From the NCBI GenBank assembly GCA_965649765.1, contig OZ287749.1:79236001-79300000 (forward strand): a stretch of DNA of 64,000 nucleotides, in the 5' to 3' direction. Below, in pieces: positions 52,764-64,000 of this stretch (positions are counted from its first letter, which is position 1; each line of letters opens with the position of its first letter). The DNA comes from Bispira polyomma. Lineage: Eukaryota. Position numbers and translations under genes: made by a program. The notes below the pieces were generated by a model. It was not told the origin of the DNA and did not search any database. It saw only the letters and a list, made by a program, of their open reading frames with translations.

Positions 52764-52979
52764 CAGTGTCTGCACCCTGCCAGTCTTCGTACTGAGACAA
52801 GGTGGGGCAGTGTCTGCACCCTGCCAGTCTTCGTACTGAGACAAGGTGGGGCAGTGTCTGCACCCTGCCAGTCTTCGTACTGAGACAAGGTGGGTGTCTG
52901 CACCCTGCCAGTCTTCGTACTGAGACAAGGTGGGGCAGTGTCTGCACCCTGCCAGTCTTCGTACTGAGACAAGGTGGGG
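52764..52979. repeat. 44-bp minisatellite, 5 copies
   Basis: Unit CAGTGTCTGCACCCTGCCAGTCTTCGTACTGAGACAAGGTGGGG; copies identical except one 4-nt deletion at the unit 3/4 junction; no spacers. Confidence 0.96.
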
Positions 52980-54535
52980 CTGTGGTGGGGTCTTTTGATT
53001 ATAAGCGTATGCTTTAAAATCAGGTACTTGCCTTAGAAAAATAGTGCTTCCCTCACCACTAATCCTGGCTGTCGCAATATGACCAAAGCTGTTGAAAGCT
53101 ATGTAAAACCCAAATAAATTCAAATTTAAATTTGTACTAAGACAAAAATTACAGGCTCCTGAAAAAAAACCCTCAAAATACATCTGTATTAACTCGCTTT
53201 ACCACCTCAACATTTGTCTGCTGGTTACGACTGAACTCTTTTCACGAACCTTTCCTCCAATTGGACTATTCATTTGCATATTGACTGGGATGTGCGCCAC
53301 AGACGATGTCTGGCTATCGATTTTGGCGCTATAAAAGTAAAACGTTAACGTTGTGAACCCCATTACACCTTGTGAGAAATAAATTTAATGTTACAAGTTA
53401 AATGTTGACAGTCATGCTAAAACATCTATTTTTTTATAACGAAAACAGTCAGTGTTGTTTGAGCTTTATATGTAGTTAGTTAGTCATTTAACTAGTCACA
53501 TCCTCGATACCTTACTTGATGTGACCTCTTAATATAAACAGGCCAAGGATATCACTACTGTATTTAGTTCAAATTACACTCCTAATAACCTTGCTTAAGG
53601 CTTATATGTTTGTCAGAGAGTCTTATTCCTTTTTGGAATTAATTCATATTATTTATAAAATTAATGCTAAATATCCTTAAACACAAATGATTAACAGATT
53701 CTTTTACTGGACAGAAGTTGAAATAAAGGTATGCATATTTGAATTAGTTCCAAATTGAAATAAAGGTATGCATATTTGAATTAATTCCAAATTAAATGGG
53801 ATAATAAAATATAGGCCTTGAACCAGGCTACACTCCCAGAGGTTTTCTCAGAAATCTTTGGATAACAATATGCACGCCTTGTTTAAACTTTTACTTTATT
53901 TATCCCTAGCCAATTTGCTAGGGTTAATTTTTACTACTTAAACATGGCATCATCGTTTTCATATTAAAAATAGTCAATTTACTAAGCTATTGACTACCCG
54001 TTTCAGTCCAGGTAAATAAATGTGCAATGGCCGCCTCCCACGTTTGCGATCCACAAAAGAGGACCCTGTCCCAACCATCAAAAACGATTTAAAAATACAA
54101 TAACAACTTTATTTTCATCATTATAAAGTAATTTTGAAGTGATATAATGTGAGAACATTTCAATTCAAGCTAGTTTGGTGAAATTGTAACATAAACTCGC
54201 CGTTGCGACATTTAAGGACTTTCTTCAAAAACCACATACGCCTTGTTCCAGGCTACACTCCCAGAGGTTTGCTTTTACTCTTCCATGGATTATAGCATTG
54301 GGATGAGCTTCTCTCTGTTTTTTTATATATATAAAGCAGGATCCAGTTTCTGCAGAACTCAAAGACTTTTCTGGACTCAGAAGGGAATTACAGCTCTAAG
54401 CTAGGGATGTACTGAAAAAGGGAACATGAGAAATAATTGATGTGATATAACCATAGATTGTTAATGATATTACTGGATTTCTTTTCATTTGTAAAAAAAC
54501 TTCTGTTACTATTTGTGTGTGTGTGTCAATTATTT

Positions 54536-54619
54536 TATATAAAGTCTTTTTGGACCACAACTGAATATATAATATAGAAGCAGTTTACTGCAGAGGTCAC
54601 TGAACTGACAGACAAGGAG
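54536..54619 (+). promoter_or_regulatory. Putative TATA box and non-coding first exon of the FReD gene
   Basis: TATATAAA at 54536-54543 followed by a short purine-rich segment ending in donor GAG|GTAGGT. The ATG exon begins at an acceptor (56220/56221), so an upstream exon is expected. Confidence 0.4.
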
Positions 54620-56229
54620 GTAGGTAGAGGGATATTGTATTACTTTAGAGAGATATAGGAGATGACCCAAAACAAACTTTTAATTTTTAAAACAGTAATA
54701 CAGATTTTCATGTCAAATAGTCATTTTTAAGAGAGTGCTCTAGTTTAGTTCCTCAAATAGTATTTAATCATTCGTGACTTAACTAGTTTTACACAGTGTT
54801 ACAATGTATGGTTTATTTTAACATGCAAGGTTTAAATCTCTAATTAGGGCATGGTAAGTTTACGATACTTTAAATAATTATATATCATACTATTTTCTTA
54901 CAATAACATATTTTAACAATGTTACAAGGCAGTTCATTTTAAGGATTTATTACACCTTTAATTGGTTTCTGAGATACTCTCACCTCAGTTATAAATAGTT
55001 AGATTTGTTGTTACTTTGACTTATCCAAAAGTAATGTGCTACATTTTAGTCAGGACTTCTAAAACAAAAATAATAATATTAAAATAAGTGTAAAAACTCT
55101 TCCATGACGATCAGATAAAAGTTGGTTTTACGGTTGGAGTTTCTGAAACGAAATTTTTTTTGGAAAATCATCAAATTCTTTTTCTTCATATTATTGAGTT
55201 AGACAACATGCCGGGCTTTAAAGGAAATGCTCCCAGAAAAATAAATAAATAGTGTGTTCTGTTTACTCCCTATTAATTCCAAATAGAAGTATAATCCCAG
55301 GGTTATTTTGTCTTTATCAATCGTTTAATTAACCCATGTTAAAACAAAAAAAATAAAGAAAATATTTTCACTGTCAGATCTGTATTGCAAAGATAGCATC
55401 GTAGTTGTTTATTTTAGACTTCTGAAACTGGAACAAATGCTAACAGGTATCTATTTTCTGGAAGTCATAGGATAACAATATGCACGCCTTGTTTAAAAAA
55501 AACAGCGAAAAAAACAACTCTATTTATCTTTAGCCATTTTTTTTTTTGCTAGAATGAATTTCTACCACTTAAATATGGCTGCATATTTTTTATATATTTA
55601 AAAAAGAGTCTATTTACTAAGATTATCTGTTCCAATGCAGGTAAATGCGTAAGGTAGGCATACAAGTTTTGTGTAATTTAAATTTAAACAAAAAAAATCA
55701 ACGAAAAGTTTACGAAAAAAAAAACATAACTAAGCTCAGACTAAATATTAGCATATATTTATATTTAATAATCAATATATCGTTCAGAACCAAATTATAT
55801 GATGCCATACCATACTATTCAAGGTAATATACGAGACGTGTTGAAAGCGATATGAAATCCAAAACTTGACTAAATCACACCATTCCATATTATTTTTTTT
55901 ACTATATTTCATACACAAAAGGTACATTAATAATGAAAACCAGTATAACATACTAAACAGTTTTGCACTGAAACAACAGAATTAGATGGTACACAGGAGT
56001 TATGTACACTAGTGAACCTATGAAATATAGGGAGTATGTATTAATTTATATCTTTTAATACCCATGTAGTTCAGATCTAAATTCTTCTATATGTTACCAT
56101 TCCATGCATAACAATTTTATCATAGCACATATTTCCTCTTTACTAAACACTGTATTCTACGATTCTGTACAATAGTACTGTACAAAACTATACTATACTA
56201 TGGCATACTATACATTTCAGGCACCACCA

Positions 56230-56402
56230 ATGCCAAAACACACGATATTGGTGGCAGTAGTCCTGTTGGTCCTAGACCCAGGCATTTGTGATACTTACAA
56301 TGTTGGTGGAATGGACGGCAATGGAGGATCCTGTACATACAACTTTCAGGTGTGGACTGCAAATCAGGATGTCATCAAGAGAATCCAGAATGTAGAAACC
56401 AA
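56230..56402 (+). CDS. Angiopoietin-like fibrinogen-related protein, coding exon 1 (signal peptide, CTYNF motif)
   Basis: TTTCAG| at 56220, ATG at 56230; MPKHTILVAVVLLVLDPGIC hydrophobic leader; GSCTYNFQV; donor AA|GTAAAG phase 2. Confidence 0.82.
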
Positions 56403-56884
56403 GTAAAGAATACATGTCATTTTTTTAATAGTAGATATATCTTTTTTAATTATAGAGTGGCTAGAATATACATTCCAAGTTAGAATAAATAGTAAGCACT
56501 GATTATCACACCCAGTCCAGTGTTTGTTCAGTCTGTAGAAACAGATACACAGTGACTAGGATTACCACTTAAAATCTAATAATCTGTCATGGAGTCATTT
56601 ACCCGGTGGCAGGATAAAGAACCCTGGGTATGTTGATAGATTGGTCATCTAAAAGACTGTCTCTCTCTCTCCAGTTTGACAGTTAGAGGTGCTGATTGGC
56701 TGTATTTAGAAAAAAAGTCAGAAAAAAAGTTACTTATTGCATTGAATACCAGGTAAAGGGTAAATTATTTGGGTAAAGCAAACTATTTCATAAAAATATA
56801 TATGTCTTATAGAAGCATGGCTAATTTAGTTATTTACCTAATATTCTGCTTCTTATATTGTATTAAAAGCTCAATAGTGTTGCA

Positions 56885-57459
56885 TTATTGTATCCACTGG
56901 ACAACTCCGGTGGATACTATGGATTAGTCATCGTTACGCCTCTGCCATCAGTGAGTGTACAGATTTTACCGTTCTCCTGGGAAAAATTTTATGCCAAGGC
57001 TCCTGAAATTTACAGGAAATGTTCTTTATTACAAAAGTTTGCCTAAGAGTAATTTTGGCCTCATTTTGAAAAACAAGATGGCCGCCACGGGCATTTCTTT
57101 GAAAATAATCAGGCTTTTAACTGTGTCTGTTTCTCAGCTGTAGAAGGTTGAATCTCTTTGAGGTTGATATGTTTAATAGATATATATGTCCTCTATAAGC
57201 ATGCAGACATTTCACCTTGAACATCCTCGTTCAAGGTCATCCACAGAGTGCCAGAATACCCCAAGTGACCGATTTTGGCCAACTTTCACAAAGTCCCTAT
57301 ATCTCGCTTAACATATATTTCGCTTATTTTTGGTCAAACAGGTTTTCGATGTGAAACCAACTTATAGTAAATTATGGCCTGGTACTCTTTTGCCATGGTC
57401 AGATTTCACCTTCTGGTGGATACAAATATGCATCGGTTCTCTGATGCACTAGATATAGT
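56885..57459 (+). mobile_element. Helentron-associated (HINE/DINE-1-like) non-autonomous element in FReD intron
   Basis: 5' TTATTGTATCCACTGG with nearby inverted CCGGTGGATAC; 3' sub-terminal repeat CTGGTGGATACA followed by hairpin TGCATCGG...CTGATGCA; internal CAAGATGGCCGCC. Confidence 0.65.
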
Positions 57460-57505
57460 CATATGTGTATACTATATGTGACATGGTGGTCTCTATTTTT
57501 ACTAG

Positions 57506-57614
57506 GTGTGACATCAGTAGCGCCCACATTCAACAGAACCTGGCAGAACTCAAACTAGAGCTACATGACCAAGTGTTCCTGTCACACAACCTGACTCAAA
57601 GTCTGCAAAAACAG
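57506..57614 (+). CDS. FReD gene coding exon 2 (coiled coil)
   Basis: TTTTACTAG| acceptor; CDISSAHIQQNLAELKLELHDQVFLSHNLTQSLQKQ; donor CAG|GTGGGA; phases 2 to 0. Confidence 0.85.
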
Positions 57615-58737
57615 GTGGGATCATTACAGTTCACGCATACATTCCCCTCCATTATACACTTTATACATTCATTTCTGTGAAACTGAACAAACTGCATGAA
57701 TCACCATTGGTTTTTAGTTAACCAGGCACCATCAAACAGCAAGTAATTAGAGTCAGCTTTGGCTATTACTGAACCATGGATCTAAAATGAATGAGTCAAC
57801 CTTGGGTTTTATTAAATCACGAAGTTACAAATAACTGGCCACCTGCTTTGTCTTCGTCGTTTTAATAATGCCTTACAATTAGGTTACCCTGTCCACTGAA
57901 AATGTAGCATATATATTTTTGTTTTTGTATGTTTTTTTGTAGAAAGAGAGTGTCCATTTAAACATAGGGCTTAATATGTATTATGACAAGTTTGATGGTT
58001 GGTGGTAATATACTTTGTTATCAATAAAAGGAACATCTAACATTATCCTTGTATATGTCATGCCAAGCTAGTGATTTTTTACAAGGTTTACACGATGAAC
58101 AGCTTTGTTGGTTTTATTATTTTATGGTACAATCTCTTACATAATTACTCCCATGATGATTGTAATATTATTTCACTATGTACAATAATTTTACGATGTA
58201 CAATATTCAGCACCCATTATGATATTTTGCCATTTATATATAATGAATATATATTTATATAAATAATAATAATAATATATACTCCACCAAAGATTGCATA
58301 ATCACTAATGTTTACATCTCGGTGATAAGAAATACAGCTCTTTTACTTGTTAACAAGGTTTTGTAGCAAGGTTATCTGCTATGATAAGCACAACACATTG
58401 GCTTATGGCTGGAATGGTCCCATAGAATGAAGGACCTTCGCCATTTGGTCTTACCCCAACTTAGTGGCTAAAGAACCTTGGCAATGTTGATACATGGTCA
58501 TCCTCATTATTGTTAGGGGAATTACAGTGCATGCGCTGGTTGGCTTTGCATTGTAGTCAAGAAGAGATTAATTATAGCTTTGCATCTCAGACCATATCTA
58601 CCGAAAAGGGTATAAATACAATTAAGTGGGACTTAATTAGGTAGTTCATTGAATTTGGCACTTTATAAGTACTATGTTATAAATCAATAAAAATACTACA
58701 AAATACATCAATATTTATGTCACAACCTATTCCACAG

Positions 58738-58851
58738 CTGCTCCATTATCAGGTGGACGATGTAAAGCTTGATCTGGCCATCAAGGACCTCAAACTGGAG
58801 ATGATGGAAAACAGAGAGGAGTCATCCAAGATTTGGGCATTTATAAACCAG
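58738..58851 (+). CDS. FReD gene coding exon 3 (coiled coil)
   Basis: TTCCACAG| acceptor; LLHYQVDDVKLDLAIKDLKLEMMENREESSKIWAFINQ; donor CAG|GTGAGG. Confidence 0.85.
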
Positions 58852-59303
58852 GTGAGGGAAACACGGAGGGAAATTCAATGTCCAGACTTTTCATTAACCA
58901 GATAAGGATAATATTAGAGAGTTGTCAAAAATTTGGGCATTTCATAACCATGTAAGACAAATATAGGGGAGTCGTCCTGGCCAGAGCCTTGTACAAATCA
59001 ATATCAAAAGCATGACTTAGTTGTCATTATTGCAAGGGGATACGGTCCATTACGGTCCATAACCATTTCTTAAAATTATTATAAGAATATGAAATCTAAA
59101 ATATATCACCACATGCTAAACCATGTAAAAGTAATAAATGGGCAAAGTTGGCAAAAGAAAAACTTGGGTAAAGAAAAACTTACTTCCTTGTGAATGCTGA
59201 AAAATATTAGGATAATTAGATAACTTTATATCCCTTACTCTGCCTACCTTATTGAATGAATATTTTAGTACTCCATTAAGTAAATTAAGTGAATTTGTTT
59301 CAG

Positions 59304-59489
59304 ATCCAAAGCAGTCTTTTAAAGGGCGTACTGAGTGGACAAAATCCCACTTTGCCTGTGGTCACCACGGCTAGTGACCAACAGATACTCAACAACAATA
59401 ACAATGACATCTCACGGACAATCGGTCAACTAAAGAATGGGGTCGGTAATCTGAAAGCTGAATGGCTGCTCATCAAAAGGGATGTCCAG
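59304..59489 (+). CDS. FReD gene coding exon 4
   Basis: TGTTTCAG| acceptor; IQSSLLKG...LKAEWLLIKRDVQ; donor CAG|GTAGTT; phase 0/0. Confidence 0.85.
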
Positions 59490-60691
59490 GTAGTTAGGTC
59501 AATGGAAATGTAATGTATTAACTTATAGAACCTCTTATACAATGTACACAGTCCCCAAGTTGCACATCTAGGTGCCATAGTTCAAGAAGAATAGTCACAA
59601 AACATTGCACGGTCTGTTTCCAGCAACCACCGGGGAAGGAGACCATTTTGTGGGGCCAGGTTTATTGATGGAGGAAATCAGTAGTTGTATATTTAAATAA
59701 TAGTGCTACATGCCACAGTCTTGTTCAGATTGATGCCTAGTATGTGCTATTTATATCACATTAGATGGTATTGTAAGGCACAATAGAAAATCATACACTC
59801 ATATAAAGATTTGTATAGATATATACATATATATGCTGCAAATTAAGTAAATTATGGCCCAGCTTTGATACATCTTTAATTTGAATTTAAATGTATTCAT
59901 CTTTTCACGCCACTTTCAAGATTGTGGCATTTGGATTTGATCCACTGACCTGAGAGTTGAAATGTGCATGATATCAACTCTATTTAAGAGAGTGGTTTTA
60001 ATGCTGAACCTATGATTGGGTCTATTTGTAATTAAGTTTGCCAAAACACACACATGTGTTGATAAAATTCTCTTTATATGATGATTAGATTGGAATATGT
60101 GAACCCAATGCGAAACACACCCAGTTGACATGCAAAGACATATATCCATTTAATTTACAGATAAAACAAGACCTAGAGGTCAGGTTTAATGTCAAGTTAC
60201 CTGGTGAAGCCTATGAAAATTCTCTTGATTACCCTTAGTTCTGCACAACCTCTTCTGGCATGCTAAAAAAGGTGCTCAACATGTTCAAAATATTTGCGAA
60301 CTTGTGATAGCTTGTGCGCATATATTTATGGCCAAGAGTCAAGACGAGCCCAGGAAAGTTTAACACAAGCTTTTCATGAGTCACGCAAGCACAACTGAAG
60401 CTATCCAGAACTCATACAAGTTTAACATGAGTTGCACCAAGCTCTCAGGAGATAATCCAAGCTAATCATGACCTAGGCTAAGTTTACCAAGAGCTGACCC
60501 CAGTAAGATGTCCCTGTTTAGCGCGTTTATATGACTGGTCAGGAAACTGTAGTTTAGCCAAGAGTTAGAACTTTGGCTTAGTCCTGCTAATGTGGCATAA
60601 CTTGGTGAAACTCAGCTTGGCGTGTGAGAGTAGCTTTAGTATTGCAGTCTGATGTATTTTAAAACTTCATATTTCCCATCTATTTCTCCAG

Positions 60692-60924
60692 GACATTAAG
60701 TCAGACAGCACACAACTCAAGCAAAGCATGGATAGTTTGGAAGAAGACTCCCTGACATTGAGAGGCTCCACCAAGTGGGTACAGGAGGAACTAAAGAGAA
60801 TGAACCACAGCCTGGAGAAACTGAGGGCCAAAGTGGTGAACAACAAAGAACAGAATGACGACAGCTTTAAGATCTCTGACTATCCTTATGATGATGAGCT
60901 TTATGATGGCATCCAAGAAATGAG
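60692..60924 (+). CDS. FReD gene coding exon 5 (coiled coil, acidic Tyr cluster)
   Basis: TTTCTCCAG| acceptor; DIKSDSTQLKQSMDSLEED...SDYPYDDELYDGIQEM; donor AG|GTAAAT phase 2. Confidence 0.87.
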
Positions 60925-61430
60925 GTAAATGCCTCCTTTCTCATTTATATTTTTATAGTGAACATATAGAGCCACAGATATATTTTATTTTGATAGCACA
61001 TAAGAGACTCTCTTGCAACATTATGAAGTCTATGACACCTAAAGCTTCAGAACAGTCTAGTGGTTTTTTTTGCAATTCATATATACTGATATTGGAATTG
61101 TACTCTCTAAAAAATCTTTTCTTGACTTTCCAAGTTCATTCCATTTGTTGCCTTGTATTTTAGTTGATTGAGTTTGTACTGTATACAATGTTCGGTCAGT
61201 AGCCAATGCAGGTCGATTCTAAATGGCTACAGCATTTTGAAGTTTTCTAAGCGAGTCCATTACCCATTGCACCATCTTTGTGTTATGACTGACAGGAATA
61301 AGTACAAAAAACTTCTAAAGAAGATAGATTGTCTGTCTTTAAATTGTGGTTATTTACAACAATGTACATCTCACCCTTTCCTGTAAAGGTTAGGGTCTTG
61401 CTGTTGTTTATAAATATTTGTTACTGGCAG

Positions 61431-61648
61431 GACTAAGTACCGAGTACTTATCAAGGAGATGGGTGGTCTGTCAGAAAACTTTACCTCCCTGCAGCAGCAG
61501 ATCCAAGACTTGGTACAGACTACAACAGCCACACTGTTCCCCACACCCACTACCACCAGCACCACCATTACAAGCAGGGGCAGGTACCATCACCAACACA
61601 AGACCAAGGTCAATGTATCGGTGAAAATCACACAGGCGCCAGCAAAGG
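61431..61648 (+). CDS. FReD gene coding exon 6 (Thr-rich linker)
   Basis: ACTGGCAG| acceptor; TKYRVLIKEMGGLSENFTSLQQQIQDLVQTTTATLFPTPTTTSTT...QAPAK; donor G|GTAAGT phase 1. Confidence 0.87.
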
Positions 61649-62553
61649 GTAAGTACATGTGGAGTTTATGTACTGAAACATTAACAGTATGCAATCATTG
61701 TCAGTCAATTTTATTCATATATGGACTACTGCAATTTTTTAATTTTGTTGGTGTTAAGGGCCATATCGAAAACGCTGTGATGCATTCAAAACTGTGGGGG
61801 CTTATCTTCTATCTTGATATTAGAACTAATTCCACTCAACTTAAACAATTATGTTAGCTCCCTATGCATCATAGAATTGTCTACTGATGACGACCAATGC
61901 AAGGTTGTAGAAATATCCCCTTTCGTAGAACAAGCACCGAAGAAGTTATAATGTCATCAATTCTGTGATTATTAATTATATAATAAATAAACAAAGTTTG
62001 TCACATACTTGTCGTGGGTTGATGATTTTCAATGCTTCAGCACTGGTTCCTTACACCATTAAATCTGTCCGTTTTGATATGACTAAGGTTGTTGAAACCT
62101 AACTAAATTTTAAAATGCCTAAACAATATGAGGACATTTTTGTAATGATAGATACAAATGGATATCATTTAACTGTAACGGCAATGTTGTGTCTAACGAT
62201 AAAAATGTTGCCAACCAGACATCAATTTGAGTTTCATTTTGTTTGGGTTTAACATCATTTTCAATACATTTTGTGTCATATCACAAGAGTTGTATCCAAA
62301 CCTCCGGCCTCGAACAAATCCACTGTCCACATTTCCACATACACCTCAGAGCCAAGATTTAAACCCACTAGTGCAGAGGTAGGTTTTCATTTGTAGAAGA
62401 AGTATATTTAGCTTGTTGACTTGATATACAAATTTTTGACAACTTGGTCATATATGTATAAAAAAGTATACTTCATTTTGTGGTCACTAATTGTATTTTA
62501 AACCGTATAGTTCGGTCTCAGACTAACCCATCTCCTCTCACCTGTTCTTTTAG

Positions 62554-62777
62554 ACTGCCATGACATTTACCTCCAAGGTTACAGCACCAGTGGAGTCTAT
62601 CAGATCAAACCTCTTCAGGCTCCAGAGCTGGACAACGTTTACTGTGAGATGATCAACCAGTCGGGCTGGACCTTGCTGCAGAGGAGAGAGGATGGACTGA
62701 TCAGCTTTGACAGGCTCTGGATGGAATATAAACACGGATTTGGTAGTTTGTACGGGGAATTCTGGATTGGCAATGAG
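62554..62777 (+). CDS. FReD gene coding exon 7 (fibrinogen C-terminal domain start)
   Basis: DCHDIYLQGYSTSGVYQIKP...VYCEM...GWTLLQRREDGLISFDRLWMEYKHGFGSLYGEFWIGNE, canonical FReD motifs; donor GAG|GTCCGT. Confidence 0.93.
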
Positions 62778-63460
62778 GTCCGTTCTGAGCTTAAGATATT
62801 TTTTGTAAAGTATCCAGTAAGGATCTTATCACAAATAGTCTTGGTTTTATTTTGTAGAAACTTGTAGTAAAACATTATTTAACTATATCCACCATTATCT
62901 TTTGGACTACCTACATTTACTAACTACTTTATATTATATAATGGTCTTATTTTAGTTTCCCTATTTTATAATGTAACTAATTGTCATATAAATTTTGTTT
63001 ATAATACTCAGGACACTACCAGACTAATACAACCAGTATTGAAGCACTGCAACACTAAGTTTCCAGTGACTCTATTTGATCAGAAAGGCAAATTTAAATT
63101 TGACAAATATTTGTGAAAACTTTTAAAATCACAGCATCCTTTCTCACTCTTTCTCAAAATATTCACTACAAAACTATGTCTGACCTAGCCCTTCTGTTGC
63201 TTGCAGACGGGATTCTCAACATGGGTATCCCATTTGCATCTAACTATTTTTATCACATGGTTTTCCATGGATAAAAATGTTTCATATATTTCTTGACATA
63301 ACCGTGTCGACCATCATTGCTTTAGCAGGGAGATCTTTTTGACCTGCAATGAATAGTTTTATGACTTAAATTTATAGTTATATGACTGAGAATCAACTTT
63401 AACATGTACATACTGTGGGGGCTTAATCTGGGAATCCCATCCCTTCTTCTAACCCAGAAT

Positions 63461-63560
63461 AAGGTAGATACATTTGAATAATTATCTCTGATACCAGATC
63501 AAGGTAGATACATTTTAATAATTAACTCTTATACCAGATCAAGGCAGATACATTTGAATA
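63461..63560. repeat. 40-bp tandem repeat, about 2.5 copies
   Basis: AAGGTAGATACATTTGAATAATTATCTCTGATACCAGATC repeated, ending 30 nt before the exon 8 acceptor. Confidence 0.85.
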
Positions 63561-63590
63561 CATTACATTTTCCTTTACCTCTGTTGACAG

Positions 63591-63747
63591 ATGATGCACT
63601 TGTTGACCTCACAGGGAGAGTATGTCTTACGTATTGACATGTGGGATTGGGAGGGACACCGTACTTACGCGGAGTACAACAGCTTCAAGGTGGGGCCTGA
63701 GGAAAGTCTCTACAAACTGTCTGTAAAAAGCTACAGCGGCAATGCAG
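63591..63747 (+). CDS. FReD gene coding exon 8; gene continues beyond the window
   Basis: MMHLLTSQGEYVLRIDMWDWEGHRTYAEYNSFKVGPEESLYKLSVKSYSGNA(G), canonical FReD; acceptor TTGACAG|, donor G|GTACAT. No stop is reached. Confidence 0.93.
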
Positions 63748-64000
63748 GTACATGTATATGTGGCATATCGATGTATATAATACAGGTTTGCTAAAAATGT
63801 AAATACAGACACACATCCTGAAATTAAGAAAATTTGGTTTACCTAATTTTTTACCAGATGTTAACCCAATGGAGCACCCTTGGGCATATCTTAGACAATG
63901 ATTTTTCATCACGAGAGGAAACCCCCTTCAAAATTGAATTGACCTAGAACAAATGTCACATGAACAGAAGCTTACAGACCCTTGTTCAGAGCATGCCTAG

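Noticed and set aside
52764-52979. CRISPR-like array and the repetitive ORFs over it
   Set aside because: Head-to-tail 44-bp units with no unique spacers, no cas genes and a eukaryotic context; the ORFs are by-products of the repeat.

Overview
AT-rich, intron-containing animal genomic DNA. The SINE/LINE repertoire and gene content suggest an invertebrate, probably a mollusc or other lophotrochozoan (inference). Two protein-coding genes could be reconstructed by hand on the + strand with phase-consistent GT-AG introns. (1) A SKI-family corepressor (SKOR/CORL/fussel) with four well-supported coding exons at 30005-38144 plus a predicted 14-nt first coding exon at 17719-17732, about 659 aa in total. 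It lies in a gene-poor region containing homeodomain-motif-rich non-coding blocks. (2) A secreted angiopoietin-like fibrinogen-related protein (signal peptide, CTYNF motif, coiled coil, Thr-rich linker, FReD), with eight coding exons from 56230 running off the window end. The rest is a dense transposon landscape: a 5'-truncated L1/Tx1-type retrotransposon with TSDs nested inside a TGT...ACA long-TIR DNA element, a degraded MULE transposase, about four tRNA-derived SINE families, many L2-type 3' ends, several MITEs, a Helentron-like element, and micro/minisatellites. There is no CRISPR array, rRNA or true tRNA gene. I found no unambiguous new system; the best leads are the Tx1-in-DNA-transposon composite, the SKOR architecture (distal micro-exon, truncated coiled coil, possible intronic promoter) and the angiopoietin-like N-terminus.
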